The notes beneath the pieces were generated by a model. That model was not told where the DNA came from. It did no database searches and worked only from the letters and a program-made list of their open reading frames with translations. This document shows, in pieces, positions 25,822 to 39,095 of a DNA stretch of 64,000 nt. The stretch is from positions 65,335,214 to 65,399,213 of the forward strand of contig NC_068990.1 of the NCBI RefSeq assembly GCF_001194135.2. Reading direction: 5' to 3'. This DNA is from Octopus bimaculoides. Its lineage: Eukaryota. Position 1 is the first letter of the stretch, and each line of letters opens with the position of its first letter. Made by a program: the position numbers and the translations under genes.

Positions 25822-26504
25822 CTGAAAAATAAAGATATCAAAAATCTATATTTCTATTACTGGTTATATTATATATATAGATATTTTTTGACTAGACACA
25901 AGGATATTTAATTAGCTTGACAACAGCATATTACAGATGCTTATTTCATAAATCTTGTCCCTTGCAAAACATGATCACATGATATTTATTTCTATTGGTT
26001 CAGTCAACTCACTATGCCTGTACAATTTTTGAGAGGACTGGTATTTAAGACGAACAGCTTGATGTTCCATTAACAAGAATATGAAATCTTTCAAATGAGA
26101 AAAAAATCTCATAGAAAGATCAAAATACATTTTTATAAAAATCATTCCAGAATTTTTACAAAAACTTAAGAAATAAATATATTATAAATAATTAAAAAGT
26201 CATTTAAAGGTGAAAACGTTTTCCACTACTACAACTGAATTTTTGTAAAGTATTTCAAAATTTTAAAAATCTTTCTACTAATTTAAGATGTCATACATTT
26301 TCTTGATATTATAAAGTCAATTATCAATTTTTATATACAACATAACATTTAAGTTAAACACATGTTCTAAGTCCTCTAATGATTCACCTTGAACATGACT
26401 GAAATTTTTTTGAAGTTGATGATGAAGTCATTTTATTTATAGTTCACTGGGAACATTAAAAGTTTACTAGAACAGCAGTGAGAAATGGACAATATTGATT
26501 TCAA

Positions 26505-26715
26505 ATTTTGGCACAGGGCCAGCAATTTCAGGGCAGGGTTAAGTCAATTACATCGACCTCAGTACCAAATAGGTACTTATTTTATTGATCCTGAAAGAAC
26601 GAATGGCAAAGTCAACTTCTGCAGAATTTGAACTCAGAACACAAAAATGGACGAAATGCTGCTAAGCATTTTGCCTGGGGTGCTAATGATTCTGCCAGCT
26701 CACCACCTGGACAAT
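26505..26715 (-). mobile_element. SINE (family of 45930-46145)
   Basis: Reverse complement of ggcagaatc.ttagca...ttctgagttcaaattc...gactttgcc..tc.ttc.ggatcaataaa.taagtacc. Confidence 0.7.
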
Positions 26716-27091
26716 ATTAATCATTTACTAGTCTTATTTTAATTATTTTGGCAAGTATGAAAACTACACCTGACATGTTTCAAATCTCATCAGTTAAGTA
26801 TAGTTTTCAACATACTTGTTAAAGTAGTGAGAGAATCATTATGTAAGTGTACAATATCTATATTATCATTGTATGTGTTCCTGCAGTGATATATAATTAG
26901 TTAAATTTAATTATTTCTATTCAACCATGAATTTGCATGATTTTTATATCGCTGTTCGAAATGATCGTCTGCATGAATTAAAATTCTCTTACATCTTAAC
27001 ATCTTCTCTTCTTCATTTTTAACAAATTTGTTGAGTTTTATGGGATTTCTTTCCATAAATTCACTACACACACAATATATATATATATATA

Positions 27092-28351
27092 CAGGGTGTG
27101 TAAGATATTTGAAGACAAATTTATGTTTATTAAAAAACAGATATATAATAACAGATAACTTTATCAAAAAATGCTATGAGTATAAAAATAAACCTTCTTT
27201 TCTATAATGTTATTCAATAAAGCCACCTTCAGCTTCAACAGCTGCTTCTGTATGAGATCTAAATCATCTAGATGCTCGAACCAAGTGGTCCTGGTTCATT
27301 TTGGATGTTACTCTGACTATGGCAGCTTTCAAAGAATCTTTGGTGTTATGGGCATTTTCATTAACTTCTCTCTCAAAAATGCTCCACATGTAATAGTCCA
27401 ATGGATTGAGATCTGGAGAATTAGGAGGCCAAATGTTAGGGGTCATGTGATCATGAAAATTTTCAGCCATCCATTCTTGTGTTACTAGAGTTATGTGTGA
27501 TAGTGCAGAGTCTTACTGAAACACATATGGCCTTCCATTGCATATACTGTCTATCTAGGGCTTAACAATTATTTCCAGGACTTCAATGTAGGTGGAAGAG
27601 TTAACTCTAAAGCCTTGTGGAAAGAAGTAAGGAGGCATCACATGTCCTTCATTGCTGACAACCCCAAAAACCATAACAGTTGCAGGAAATGTTGTATGCA
27701 TAACACTTGGAACTTCAGAAGGGTTTGCACATAACCATTTGTCATTTCTTCTGTTGACTTTTTGATCTTGGTTGAAGTTTTTCTCGTTTGAGAAAAAACA
27801 AATCAAATCTTCTTCTGTTGGATTTTTCAGTTTGTTTAAGAACCTTTTAGATCTGATGTAGTGATTTTCTTTTGTTTTTTTTCTGACAAATTGACCTTTC
27901 CTCATCATATAAGATTTGTATCTGATGTCTTTGTGGACAACATTTCTCACTGTTCCTTCTGACACATGGAGATCTTTTGCAATTGACCGCATGGACTTTC
28001 TGGGATTGTAATCAATGATCTGTTGAATTTGCTGGATAAATTCGGGTGTTCTGCTGATTTCAGAATGTTTAGAATGCATTTTATGCTTTGATACTTGTGA
28101 CGTGTTTCCATCTTCAGTCTCTAGCTCCTTACAAACTTTGGAGATGAAAAATCTGGCAACTTTTAAAAGTTGAAATGTTTCTAAATCTCTATGCTCAGCC
28201 TTTATAACTACAATAACAGCATGCCTCTTCATTTCTTGAGTAAGTTGAGGATCTACTATTATTATTTTCTGAAGCAAAGATTATACAGAGTTAGCAAAAT
28301 ATGCAGCAATAACCCCAAAAAGGTATGTCTTCAAATATCTTGTGCACCCTG
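27092..28351 (-). mobile_element. Full-length Tc1/mariner transposon, DD37D (maT-type), inactive
   Basis: TIRs cagggtgtgtaagatatttgaagac / gtcttcaaatatcttgtgcaccctg, TA TSD. Transposase 28277-27264 is in one frame with two stops. There are 37 residues between (Q*)D and (PL)D, and the first catalytic D reads N (FSNEKNF). Confidence 0.92.
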
Positions 28352-29129
28352 TATATATATATGAATAAGTTCCATCTTGTTAATTCATCTTTTGTTTTCT
28401 TAAACATATAGAAAAGCAAAGTAAAAAGCAATACTTTCTAAGTTCATTTTGAAGTACACTTCTGATTAAATGGCAAGATTTCAAAAGAATTTTTTATATT
28501 CTTTGCTTGTATTTATACATTAACATAATATATTAACATAATGCTTTCAAACAAGCTGACTTGATTTGTGGAATTTCTATGTGTCTTGCTTGTAGTACAA
28601 TAATTGGCATAGAAAATTAGGATATTTTAGAAAATAAATTACTCAAAGAATTTTTTTTTTATCTAGATAATATCTCTGCATCAATTATTCTTTCAAAAAT
28701 TCCAATTTTATATAACAATCAGTGTTCAATATTTTATATTTCATTAGAGGTATCCTCTTCATTAGAGGTATCCTCTTCATTCCTATGGCAAGCACTGCGA
28801 AATTTGTTTTGCTAAAGTGGTCAATTAAGAATAAAATGTATTTTCTCCCATACTTATCAAAATAATCAAAATATCATTAGTCATTGACTAATGTCTTTTG
28901 TTCACTACATAATTATTTCTAGTTAACCTTTTTAATGTTTCCTGCATCAAACATGTTAACTCTAAATCTATTGTTGCTTTTTTAAAGTAGACAGCATATC
29001 TTAAGCTGGTTCCAAAATTGGATATATACATGATGTTCAAGCAAAATTTGACAGTTTCCATAAAAGGAAAATAAAGCACAATATCTCATCCAGAAGTAAA
29101 AATATCAGAAAATATCAAATAATATCAAC

Positions 29130-29800
29130 TAGATTATGGTTGAGAGACAACTGTTTACTCAGAGCAGCCACCTTTAGCTTCCACCATAGCTTCATGATGG
29201 CTTCAGAACCTGACACATGCATTCCTCACTGTGTCCTTGGGAAGATCTTTGAGCACCTTCTTGATCTGGGCTGCCAGTTTGACATTGGCATTGCAGGCAG
29301 AGAAGTTGGTGTCTTTCTCAACTGTGCCCCATGCATAGTAATTGATGGGAGAATTAGAAGGCCAGAAACCAGGGCTGGTGAAGTTGTAGAAATTCTCCAA
29401 CAGCCACTTCTAATTCTTTCTGGATATATGGCAAGGAGCCAATCCCTACTGTCACATATATAGTCTTCCAGCAGCAACCCTCTTTAGCCAGAGCTAGACC
29501 AGTCTCCAGCAGCCTCACATAGCCATCTGAATTAAGCCTAAGGCTCTGTTTAAAGATATAGAGCAGCATGATATCACCCTCACTGGTGACACACTTAAAG
29601 ACATTCACAGTCCTGCTGGCCATGGTTTCATAGTCTCCATTGTAGCTGTCCATGTCACATCTTATAGCCTTTACAGTGTTCACAGAGCACTGAGCAGCAG
29701 TCATAGTGTCAGCATTATAATACCTGGAGCAAATCATCATGATGCAGGTAACTCTTTTCTGATATTCAGCTGGTTTCCAGCTTTTTTTCACCTACAACTT
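29130..29800 (-). mobile_element. Internally deleted, degenerate maT-like transposon
   Basis: VNVFKCVTSEGDIMLLYIFKQSLRLNSDGY and FWPSNSP.NYYAWG.VEK motifs parallel the 27.1-28.3 kb transposase. Confidence 0.7.
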
Positions 29801-30196
29801 TAATCTTTATGCTTTCCAATGCCACTGACTGTTCACTTAATCTAAGCCTGCTGTACCAACTATTAAAATTAATTGCTCATACACCAAATTCAATAATACA
29901 TATGGATAAATGACTGATGAAATGAAGTTAAAGAGTTTTAGTCATAGAAAACAAAGTAATTATTGTTTTAGTAGTTTTCATTATATTTATTAACAAGTCT
30001 GTTTTACCTTTTGTTGATTGGCCAGTAATTTCATAAAGAAAGGAGACATAAAAAAGTTGTTAAATTGGGCCAGAATATCCTGTATATATTTTGAATATAG
30101 ATACAGAATTACTCAAGTATATGATTAAATAAATCAATAACTACTCTATCTTTATTTCTAGAAAATAAAATTAATTAAGTTTGATTTGATACTTAC

Positions 30197-30299
30197 CAGC
30201 AAAATTCATAGTCAGTTTAAATTTTGTGGATTGCCACTCAATATTTGCAACAAAAGTTTTTACAGGTATTCCCCTTATGATATTTTTTCCACTGGAGAA
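30197..30299 (-). CDS. Coding exon 4: FSSGKNIIRGIPVKTFVANIEWQSTKFKLTMNFA
   Basis: Acceptor tttcttttttataaaag| is phase 0 and matches exon 3. Donor GCTG|gtaagt, 103 nt. Confidence 0.85.
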
Positions 30300-30605
30300 C
30301 TTTTATAAAAAAGAAAGCAATAAGTCATTTATTTCATAATTTCTTTTATAAATATTTTTTTTTCTATCTATAAAATAGAAGGTTTTAACAATGAAATATA
30401 CAAGAAAGTATAGTATTATGCTTAATCTAAACATGCTGTACTAACTATTGAAATTAATTGCTCAACCACCAAATTCAATAATACATATGGATAAATAAAT
30501 GTACTGACATGACTGATTAAATGAAGTTAAAGAGTTTTAGTCATAGAAAACAAAGCAATTAATGTTTTAGTAGTTTTCATATATTTAATAACAAATCTGT
30601 TTTAC

Positions 30606-30742
30606 CATTCGTGAATTGGCTAGTAATTTCATAACACTTGATGAGCGGTAAATAAACTTCTTGTTTGACAAATTTATTTCTCCAAAGGGGTAGGTACCGT
30701 TTATTGGTGAAATACCAGATACTTTGCATTGACGTTTACCAT
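30606..30742 (-). CDS. Coding exon 3: (D)GKRQCKVSGISPINGTYPFGEINLSNKKFIYRSSSVMKLLANSRM
   Basis: Acceptor atattttacag|, donor ATG|gtaaaa, 137 nt, phase 1/0, open frame. Confidence 0.88.
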
Positions 30743-31050
30743 CTGTAAAATATATATATATATTTATATATATGAAAAAGAGGGATTAAAAAATCCAGGT
30801 AGATAAAGAACTCAGTTTTACAAGAATTTGGTCAACAATATCCAACAATTAGACACCAGTAAATGTAAGTAGAATGCATATCCAAGGTAAATCCTCATGT
30901 ATGACAAGTAAATCCAAATATCCTTCAGCAGAATTTTGAGAAATTTGGAGTATTTAACAACAAAAAATATGTATAGAGACAATTACATCTTTATTATAGA
31001 TCTCATCTTATAAAACTGAAAATTGTTTCTCTTTTATTAACATATATAAA

Positions 31051-31098
<48 letters not shown>

Positions 31099-32144
31099 CA
31101 AATATCATTAAAATTAATAAATATTTCTGGAAATATATGTTAACACAATGTTATCAAGGTGAATCCAAAGTTAGTGAAATTTGAATTGAACATAGGAAAT
31201 ATTACCAGTATGTAAACGCCTACAAAAAGAACACTTAAAGTAAATTCAACCTAAGACATTGCTGTATTTAACTAATGGTGACGTTAGTAGATAAAGAAAA
31301 ATTATAAAAATAAAAAATAAACATATTTAAGAAAGGTCATTTTTGTATTCAACTATTAGTGACATCAGTGGATAAGGAAATAATAAAAAAACAGACATAA
31401 GGATTCTACATTACAACAATTAGAAACTTAGAGAAATATAATCTAAAAAACGCCATTTTTTATTCAACTATTGGTGACATCACTGGATAAACTAAAGAAT
31501 AACAAATAAACATAAGAATTCTACATTATAATGATTAGAAGCATGGATATTTTACATCACAACAATTAGTTATCTATTTATTAGATGCAGTAAATTCTTC
31601 TAAAGAATTAACCTTATTAAATAATATATGAAAAGCTATTATCATTAAAAATTGAAATATTTGAATGTCTATCGAAATTTATGGCAACGTTTTATTGTAA
31701 AGTTCCCATTAAAATTCAATAAAATTAATTTAGAAATAATTATATAATGCATTTCTTCAAGGCAAAAATCATATGTAGAATTATCAATATTGTATGATGA
31801 TGCATAACTAATAACAAACCACTTCAAGTCATACTTAATCATACTTCTCATTTTTTAAACCCCAAATGCATTTTCTAAGATTTGTAGAATTACTTTTTCT
31901 TCTACACTTAAATGAATGAGAATGATTATGAAATCTAGATTTTCAATTTGTAGCAGATGAACCAATATAATAATACTTACAATACCCTGTTATTACCTTA
32001 CAGTGATAGACTATATTTTTCTTTAAACACTGATTTTCTTAGTGGCATATAATTTTGTTTTTACAATTACACAAGCATTTATTCATTTGTATAATTAAAA
32101 GAATTTCTACAAGTTTTCCTCACAGAATTAAGAGTTAAGTTGGA

Positions 32145-32147
<3 letters not shown>

Positions 32148-32220
<73 letters not shown>
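32148..32220 (+). repeat. (TTA)n microsatellite
   Basis: Direct inspection. Confidence 0.95.
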
Positions 32221-32221
<1 letters not shown>

Positions 32222-32367
32222 AGCAAGGAGATCGAAACCTGGTTCAGGAAGATTATTGTTAAAGTGAATTTCACAATACACGTTATCTGTTCTACCATTG
32301 TTTATAGATTTAGAGTTGAGATATTCCCTGATACTCTGTTTATTGTGTGCTGCTATATGTATATATA

Positions 32368-33623
32368 TCAGGTCATAAAAAATGAAAAGTTCGATTTTGA
32401 ACTGAAAGTTTATTTTACTTTATCTCAAAAAAAATAAAAAAGCAATGCAGTTAATCAAACTATACACCTAAATTATGAACCCCATTTTGCCATTTTATTG
32501 GCAGTTTATTAATGCCTGCAGCGAAGAATTCTGGAGAGCAAGAGGTCATGAAATCACGAAAGGCTGTTTTTGCATCTTCAGATTTGAAGTTTTTTTCTTT
32601 GCAAACAGTTGCCTAATGCCTGGAAAACGTGATAGTCATTTGGTGCAAGGTCTGGTGAATATGGTGGATGACAGATTAGTTCCAAGTTCAGTTCCTGCAA
32701 CTTGAGTAGCGTTCTTTATGCTACATGTGGTCAAGCATTGTCTTGCAAGAGATTTGGTCTGTCTATATTAACCAATCTTGGTTGTTTAATTGCAAGTTCA
32801 CTCATCCTTTCACCCAAGTGGTTGATGTATACATCCGCTGTAATTGATTTACCAGGTCTCATGAAGCTGTAGTGGATGACACCAGCACTGGACCACAAAT
32901 CAGACACCATTAGCTTTTTTTGAGGAACATTCTTTTTTGGATTGTGCTTTGGTACTTTGTCTCTATCCAACAACTGTACAGAATGCTTACTATTGTTGAA
33001 AAGAATCCATTTTTCATCACACATAACAATATGATGCAAAAATGGTTCACTTTTATGCTGTGACAGCAATGAACAATAAGTTTCAAGACGACGTGTCATT
33101 TGGTGCTCGTTCAATTTGTGTGGTACCCACTTTGTTTCAGATGGTCCAGTACAGTTGAAATCGAAACATCAAACCTTGCTGCTAACTCATGTGTAGTTTG
33201 AGGTGTATCTGCTTCCACTACAGTTTCCAGCTCATCATTATCCACCTTGGTCTCAGGTCTACCATGGGGCTGATTTTCAAGAGTAAAGTCACCAGACTGG
33301 AACTTCTCAACTCATCAACGTATGATGCACTCATTCACTACATCCTCACCTCATTGATGTTTTGAGCTGTCTGGGATGCATTGGTTCCACGACGGAACTC
33401 ATATTCATAAACAACATGAAATTTTTATCTATCCATGAGTTCACAAAAATTGATTTACAAGAGAAAACTCACAATATAATCAGACACCATGAATTGCATT
33501 TTGAAAAGTGTTGATGTAACTCTTAATTGTTGTAAAACAGAATTGTCAGGATAAAACATTAGAGTTAATGATTGTCAAACTTGGTGCATAAAGAAATCGA
33601 ACATTTCAGTCTTAATGACCTGA
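32368..33623 (-). mobile_element. Mariner transposon, degenerate
   Basis: TIRs tcaggtcat..aaatgaaaagttcgattt / aaatcgaacatttcagtcttaatgacctga, TA flanks. Motifs IVMCDEKWILF, LMVSDLWSSAGVIHY, LLQDNA. Confidence 0.88.
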
Positions 33624-34050
33624 TATATATACTGAATGAAGGTGCACAGCAGATTATACTGGGTTGCATGCACAGTTGCACCTATTCTGTACAGCAGAAA
33701 CATGTGTCAGTCATTTTAACCAACTAATGATGCTGTATGATCAACTGTAAAATTAAAAGAAAAATTTGATGATGTGCCAGTCTCCATATTCTTTATAACT
33801 GTTTGAAATTTACACTCTTGATAATATTGATAATCCAGAGAAGTGAACCTGGAGTTACCTACTCATCAGAAGAATTACAACAGGATTGCTAATGCTAAGT
33901 GACCAATGATGTTTATTATCATCTGATGCAGTTAACCATGACCTGGAATATACTTAAGAGCTATCACTTTACTCGTCTGGATAATTTATCTCTATATACT
34001 CACCTTATATATATATATATTAGGTGAGTATATAGGAATAAATATATGTA

Positions 34051-34272
34051 TACACAAGGAGGTGTTGAAAAGTTCCTGACTTTAAAGGTATCACGAAAGG
34101 CCTGGCTGGAGGCCCAACCTTCTGAGTTCTTTTACAGAGCTTAGAAAAACAGAAGGACCACTGCAGTAAGTGTGTGAACCTGAGAGGCGAATATGTTGAA
34201 TAACATCATAATTAATTGATCATCCTGTTTTTTTCTTTTACCCAAAGCTAGGAACTTTCTGCACTCCCTGAT
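34051..34272. mobile_element. Mariner-derived MITE, inverted copy of 398-622
   Basis: acaaggaggtgttgaaaagttcctg ... ctaggaactttctgcactccc; interior ..CVNLRGEYVE*. Confidence 0.75.
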
Positions 34273-34439
34273 ATATGATGCAAAAGAATAGAGATTTCAA
34301 GATCAGGGTAGATTCTTTATGAGCACTTTTTGTAATCCAAACTTGGCTAACCATATTGACCAGTCGAAAACATAAACAATTGTTCTGAGTTAACTTCAAA
34401 GCATTACTCATAAAATTCCAGACACAATAAACAATTGGA

Positions 34440-34669
34440 AATTACACATCTTTTTATCGTTTACTTGTTTCAGCCGTTAGACTGCAACCGTGCTGGAACA
34501 CCACCTTGAAGAATTTTAGTCTAACTTATTGACCCTAGTACATATTTTCTTTTTTGTAAAGTCTGGTACTTCCTCTATTAGCCTCCCTTGCTGAATTGCT
34601 AAGTTACAGGTATGTAAACATGCCAAGACTAGTTGTCAAGTGGTCGTGGGGGATAAACATATACACAAA

Positions 34670-34728
<59 letters not shown>

Positions 34729-34875
34729 CTATGATAGGCTTCTTTCAGTTTCTGCCTAACAAATCCACTCACAAGGCATTGGTAAGCCCAAAGTTATAGT
34801 AGAAGACACTTGCCCAAGGTGCTACACAGTGGGATTGAACCTGGAACCATGTAGTTGGGAAGCAAACTTCTTAAA
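34440..34875 (-). mobile_element. tRNA-derived SINE with (CA)n insert
   Basis: Head 34730-34875 and tail 34440-34670 match other copies in reverse orientation. Confidence 0.75.
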
Positions 34876-35544
34876 TAAGGAGCCAACACAGGTTTCTGTT
34901 ATTTGAGTGTCTTAGATGCAATGGTTCAATGTAATCAATTGATTCATAGTAAATCAATTTTAGTACTATGTAGAGCTAAAGGTAGATGTAGGAACATAAT
35001 TTTTTCAAGGCATTCATCATTTGGAGGCTGAAGTGAACTAATGGTTGTAGTAGCTGAGGAAGTGACCAAAACTTTGTACAGGGTGAGGGAAAGAGATGGT
35101 AAAGGAAGGAGATGATAGGAATTTGTAGGTAGTGATGAAATTTGCTATGTTAAGAGTTCTAGTTGTATTTAAACACAAGCTGACCTCAGTGGACATTAAA
35201 AAGATAGATAAATAAGTAGATTAAGTAGATAAATATAATTTCATTTAAGAAGGAGCAACTTATTTATGTCAGAATGGTTCAACTCACTGATCACTGATGC
35301 TAAATACAATATAAATGAACAAGATACACAAATTAGACATATAATAAGATATTAGAAGTATTTGAAGAAGGAAAGCAATATTGTTGTTAAAGGGTAACAA
35401 AATTATACCTATAATAAAAATATTAATAATTGAATTATAGTACACACTAAAAGAACTGAAAGGAATTATGTCAAAAGGATTAGTAAAGAGAAAAGAAACA
35501 ATCACAAAACTGCCTAGGTAGTGAAACATCAACACCATCATCAA

Positions 35545-35604
<60 letters not shown>

Positions 35605-36170
35605 TTTACATCTGTTTTCCTTGCTGGTATGGGTTGGGTGGCTTGACAGAAACTGGCAAGGTCAGGGGCTACACTAGCTACCATAGCCTGTTTTGGTTTG
35701 GTTTTATGGCTAGATGCCCCTCCTAATGCCAACCACTCCACAAAGTGTACTGGATGCTTTTTACATGGCACTATCACCAGTGCCTTTTATGTGGCACCAG
35801 CACCCACACCAGTGCTTTTTACATGACACCTTTATTTTAAGATATCAATTCTGTTGTGGTGGGCAGATCTTCTCGAATACAACAATGCACAACATATCTT
35901 GGTCTTCTGTCATCTTTATAAGGTTCAGCGTTTTGGAATCAGCCTTCAGTACTTTGTCCCATGTCTCCCTAGGTCTTCTCTTCCACAAATTTCATTCACT
36001 TTAAGTGATTGGCACTCCTTTATGCAACTGTCCTCATCCATCCACATCACATGACCTAACCAGTATAGTCTCCTCTCTTGCACATTACATCTAATTCCTC
36101 TTATGCCCAATTTCTCATTCAATATGCCAATGCTCTGCCACACATACATGTCTTCTTTCCTCCCTGAGGA
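35545..36170 (-). mobile_element. RTE LINE 3' fragment with (CAT)n tail
   Basis: LNEKLGIRGIRCNVQERRLYWLGHVMWMDEDSCIK plus the shared 3' UTR. Confidence 0.8.
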
Positions 36171-36704
36171 AAAGGGATACATATGACAATATATATGACC
36201 ATGTCTAGCCATGAGATGTCAACTCACTCTTGTCCTTTATTCAAAACAGACAGTCTTCTAGTCTTAGATTTAGTAGTTGATAAAGAAATAAATGAATTAG
36301 AAACGAATTACAATCCTCTACAAGCTATGACCTCAATGGGCTTCCTGCGATTCTTGGAAGTGTAGTCTATTCTTAGCTATGATGGTGACAACAGGAATTT
36401 CTTCCATCTTGTTGCTCTGTTAAAGTATTTGAGAAAAATTATATTAATGTGTCTGACTGGTTAAAATTTTATTTATTTATTTGTGCAGGTGGTGATGGCA
36501 CTGCAATTAAATTGATCTAATGATTGCATTATTCAATTAAATGGAGCCCCTTGAAACGGTCGTACTGCATCACTTCTTGATATCCTGTTGCTTATTTTGA
36601 TTTTATTTGAGCTGTACGGATAATACCGGACTGACTTGGTGCTTCAACTTAAGTACCTAATTCAACTGAATCTCAGTTATTTCTTATATATAAGTACATA
36701 TATT

Positions 36705-36940
36705 TATGTGTGTGTGTCTTTGTGTCTGTGTTTGTCCTCCCACCATCATTTGACAACCGATGTTGGTGTGTTTACGTCCCTGTAACGTAGTGGTTTAGCC
36801 AAAGAGACTGAGAGAATAAGTACTACGCTTACAAAGAATAAGTACTGGGTTGATTTCTTTGACTAAAAACCTTTAAGGTGGTGCTCCAGCATGGCCACAG
36901 TCAAATGACTGAAACGTGTAAAAGAATAAGAGAATAAAAG
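36705..36940 (+). mobile_element. SINE 3' body
   Basis: tgtgtctgtgtttgtcc...gacaaccgatgttggtgtgtttacgtccc...ggtgctccagcatggccacagtcaaatgactgaaac. Confidence 0.8.
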
Positions 36941-36999
36941 AATACATACATATACACATACACTACATACACTACATGCACACACACACACACACGCAC

Positions 37000-37050
<51 letters not shown>

Positions 37051-37494
37051 CATTCGTTTTTACATCTTTTTACCCATGCTAGTACGGATTATATGAATAT
37101 ATTATTGAGGCATTGTTTTACAGCTAGATGCCCTTTCCCTTTACCTATTTTCGAAGTTAGGGATCTCTTATTTCACATATTTTCAAAGGTGCAAAGCCAC
37201 TGGAAAATTTCATACAGGAAAAATGACAATATCAGTATTTTGTGGTTCATGAATTTTTGAGAAGTGCAAACATTTCAAACAAGCACACACATGTGCATGC
37301 ACACCCCACCACACACGCACACGCGCACACACACGCACACGCGCACACACACGCACAGAACACACAAAAATACATATACACATGCATGTGTAAGTATGCG
37401 TATGTGTGTGTATGTGTATGCGTGTGTGTATGTGTATGAGTGTGTATGTGTATGTGTATGTGTGTGTATGTGTATGTGTGTGTGTGCATGCATT

Positions 37495-37650
37495 GACTGT
37501 GGTAAGAAGTTTGCTTCCCAACCACATGGTTCCAGGTTCAGTCCCACTATGTGGCACCTTAGGAAAGTGTCTTCTATTATACCCCTGGGTCGACGAAAGC
37601 CTTGTGAATGGATTTAGCTGATGACAACTGAAAGAAGCCTGTTGTATGTA
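37495..37650 (+). mobile_element. tRNA-derived SINE head
   Basis: gtggtaagaagtttgcttcccaaccacatggttccaggttcagtcccact... Confidence 0.8.
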
Positions 37651-37817
37651 TTTATATATATGTATATATGTNNNNNNNNNNNNNNNNNNNNNNNNNNNNN
37701 NNNNNNNNNNNNNNNNNNNNNNNNNNNNNNNNNNNNNNNNNNNNNNNNNNNNNNNNNNNNNNNNNNNNNNNNNNNNNNNNNNNNNNNNNNNNNNNNNNNN
37801 NNNNNNNNNNNNNNNNN

Positions 37818-38208
37818 AAACGACTACACGTGTTTCATAACCAAGTTTTCAAAAGCGAGAGATTTGTTAAGATAAGATTTGCATTTAATATTTCTGTTAG
37901 TTTATATTCTAATAAACATAAAGTTAAGAATGTCACGTTTATAATTTTCGATAAGATTAGTATTACATTTCTTTTTAATAATATTGTTTAACATTTTTCT
38001 ATATTGATATAATAAGTATTTTTATATACATTCATTTGTTATTTATTGTTGGTTGATATATATATTCATTTTATTATTATTGTTGTTGTATTTTGACCTG
38101 AAGATTAGCTATATTTTGGAATAGAATTGATTTTCGATCGATTTAATCCATTTGATTGTATTTTATTTTCTGTTTGAAAACTTGGTTATGAAACACGTGT
38201 AGTTGTTT
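37818..38208. mobile_element. MITE-like element with ~36-bp terminal inverted repeats
   Basis: aaacgactacacgtgtttcataaccaagttttcaaa (37818-37853) versus tttgaaaacttggttatgaaacacgtgtagttgttt (38173-38208). The left end abuts an N gap. Confidence 0.65.
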
Positions 38209-38735
38209 TATTATTATTGTTTTGTGATTTTTACTTTTCATTTTGTTATACTTATTTATCATGTATTTGCTTATTAATTTTTTTCTATATGTGACTGTGG
38301 ATTTTCATGGATGAGTTCATGAACTTTGGTTCTTTTCTCTAAATTATATATTTTTCCTCCCCTCCTTCTCCTTCTCACTATCATTATACATATCCACCCT
38401 CTTGATTCCCTCGCTGCCACATAATATCTTTGGACTCATCTCACATATGCACTTTTAATTTTTTCTTTTTTATTTCCTCCTTGTACTTTCCTAACAACAA
38501 GGCCTAATTCAATGTAATAGCATGACTTTGATGCAAGTCTAAAGAAGTGCCTCTCCAATGCCTAAAACTGCAAATATTACGTAATTTTTTCTTTAAGAAC
38601 TTTTGTGTGAGCTGGCATTGCAAATAGAGATGGTATGGAAACATTTGTAACTTGTAATTAAAGATGTTAAAGCATTTTCTTTGTCTTCTTCTTTTCATTG
38701 GATATATATATATATATATATATATATATCATCAT

Positions 38736-38775
<40 letters not shown>

Positions 38776-38844
38776 ATATATATATACACGTTTTATATAT
38801 ACATACATTTACGCTTTTGTGAGCATGAGTGTGCATGTATGCAT

Positions 38845-39095
38845 GTGTGTGTGTGTGTGTGTGTGTGTGTGAGTCTTTCTGTCTGTTTGTCTCCCACCAC
38901 CAGTTTACAACTAGTGTTGGTGTATTTACATCCCGTAGTTTGGCAAAAGAGATTGATAGAATAAGTTCTAGACTTAAAGAAATGAAAATATTTGGGTCAA
39001 TTCATTTCACTAAATTCCTTCAAGGTGGTGCCCCAGTATGGCCACAGTCTACTGAATGCAGTCTAATGAAACAAGTAAAAATTAGGGATAAACGA
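38845..39095 (+). mobile_element. SINE 3' body
   Basis: Same tail family as 36705-36940. Confidence 0.7.

Noticed and set aside
28741-28781. 18-bp tandem duplication (tcattagaggtatcctct x2)
   Set aside because: A simple slippage duplication with no further structure.
30197-30291. Alternative acceptor (ccag|) for exon 4
   Set aside because: It is phase 2 and incompatible with the phase-0 end of exon 3.
37818-38208. Possible hammerhead in the MITE TIRs (GAAAC-ACGT-GTA)
   Set aside because: There is no CTGATGA core (it reads CTTTTGA or CTGTTTGA) and no pairing stem I.
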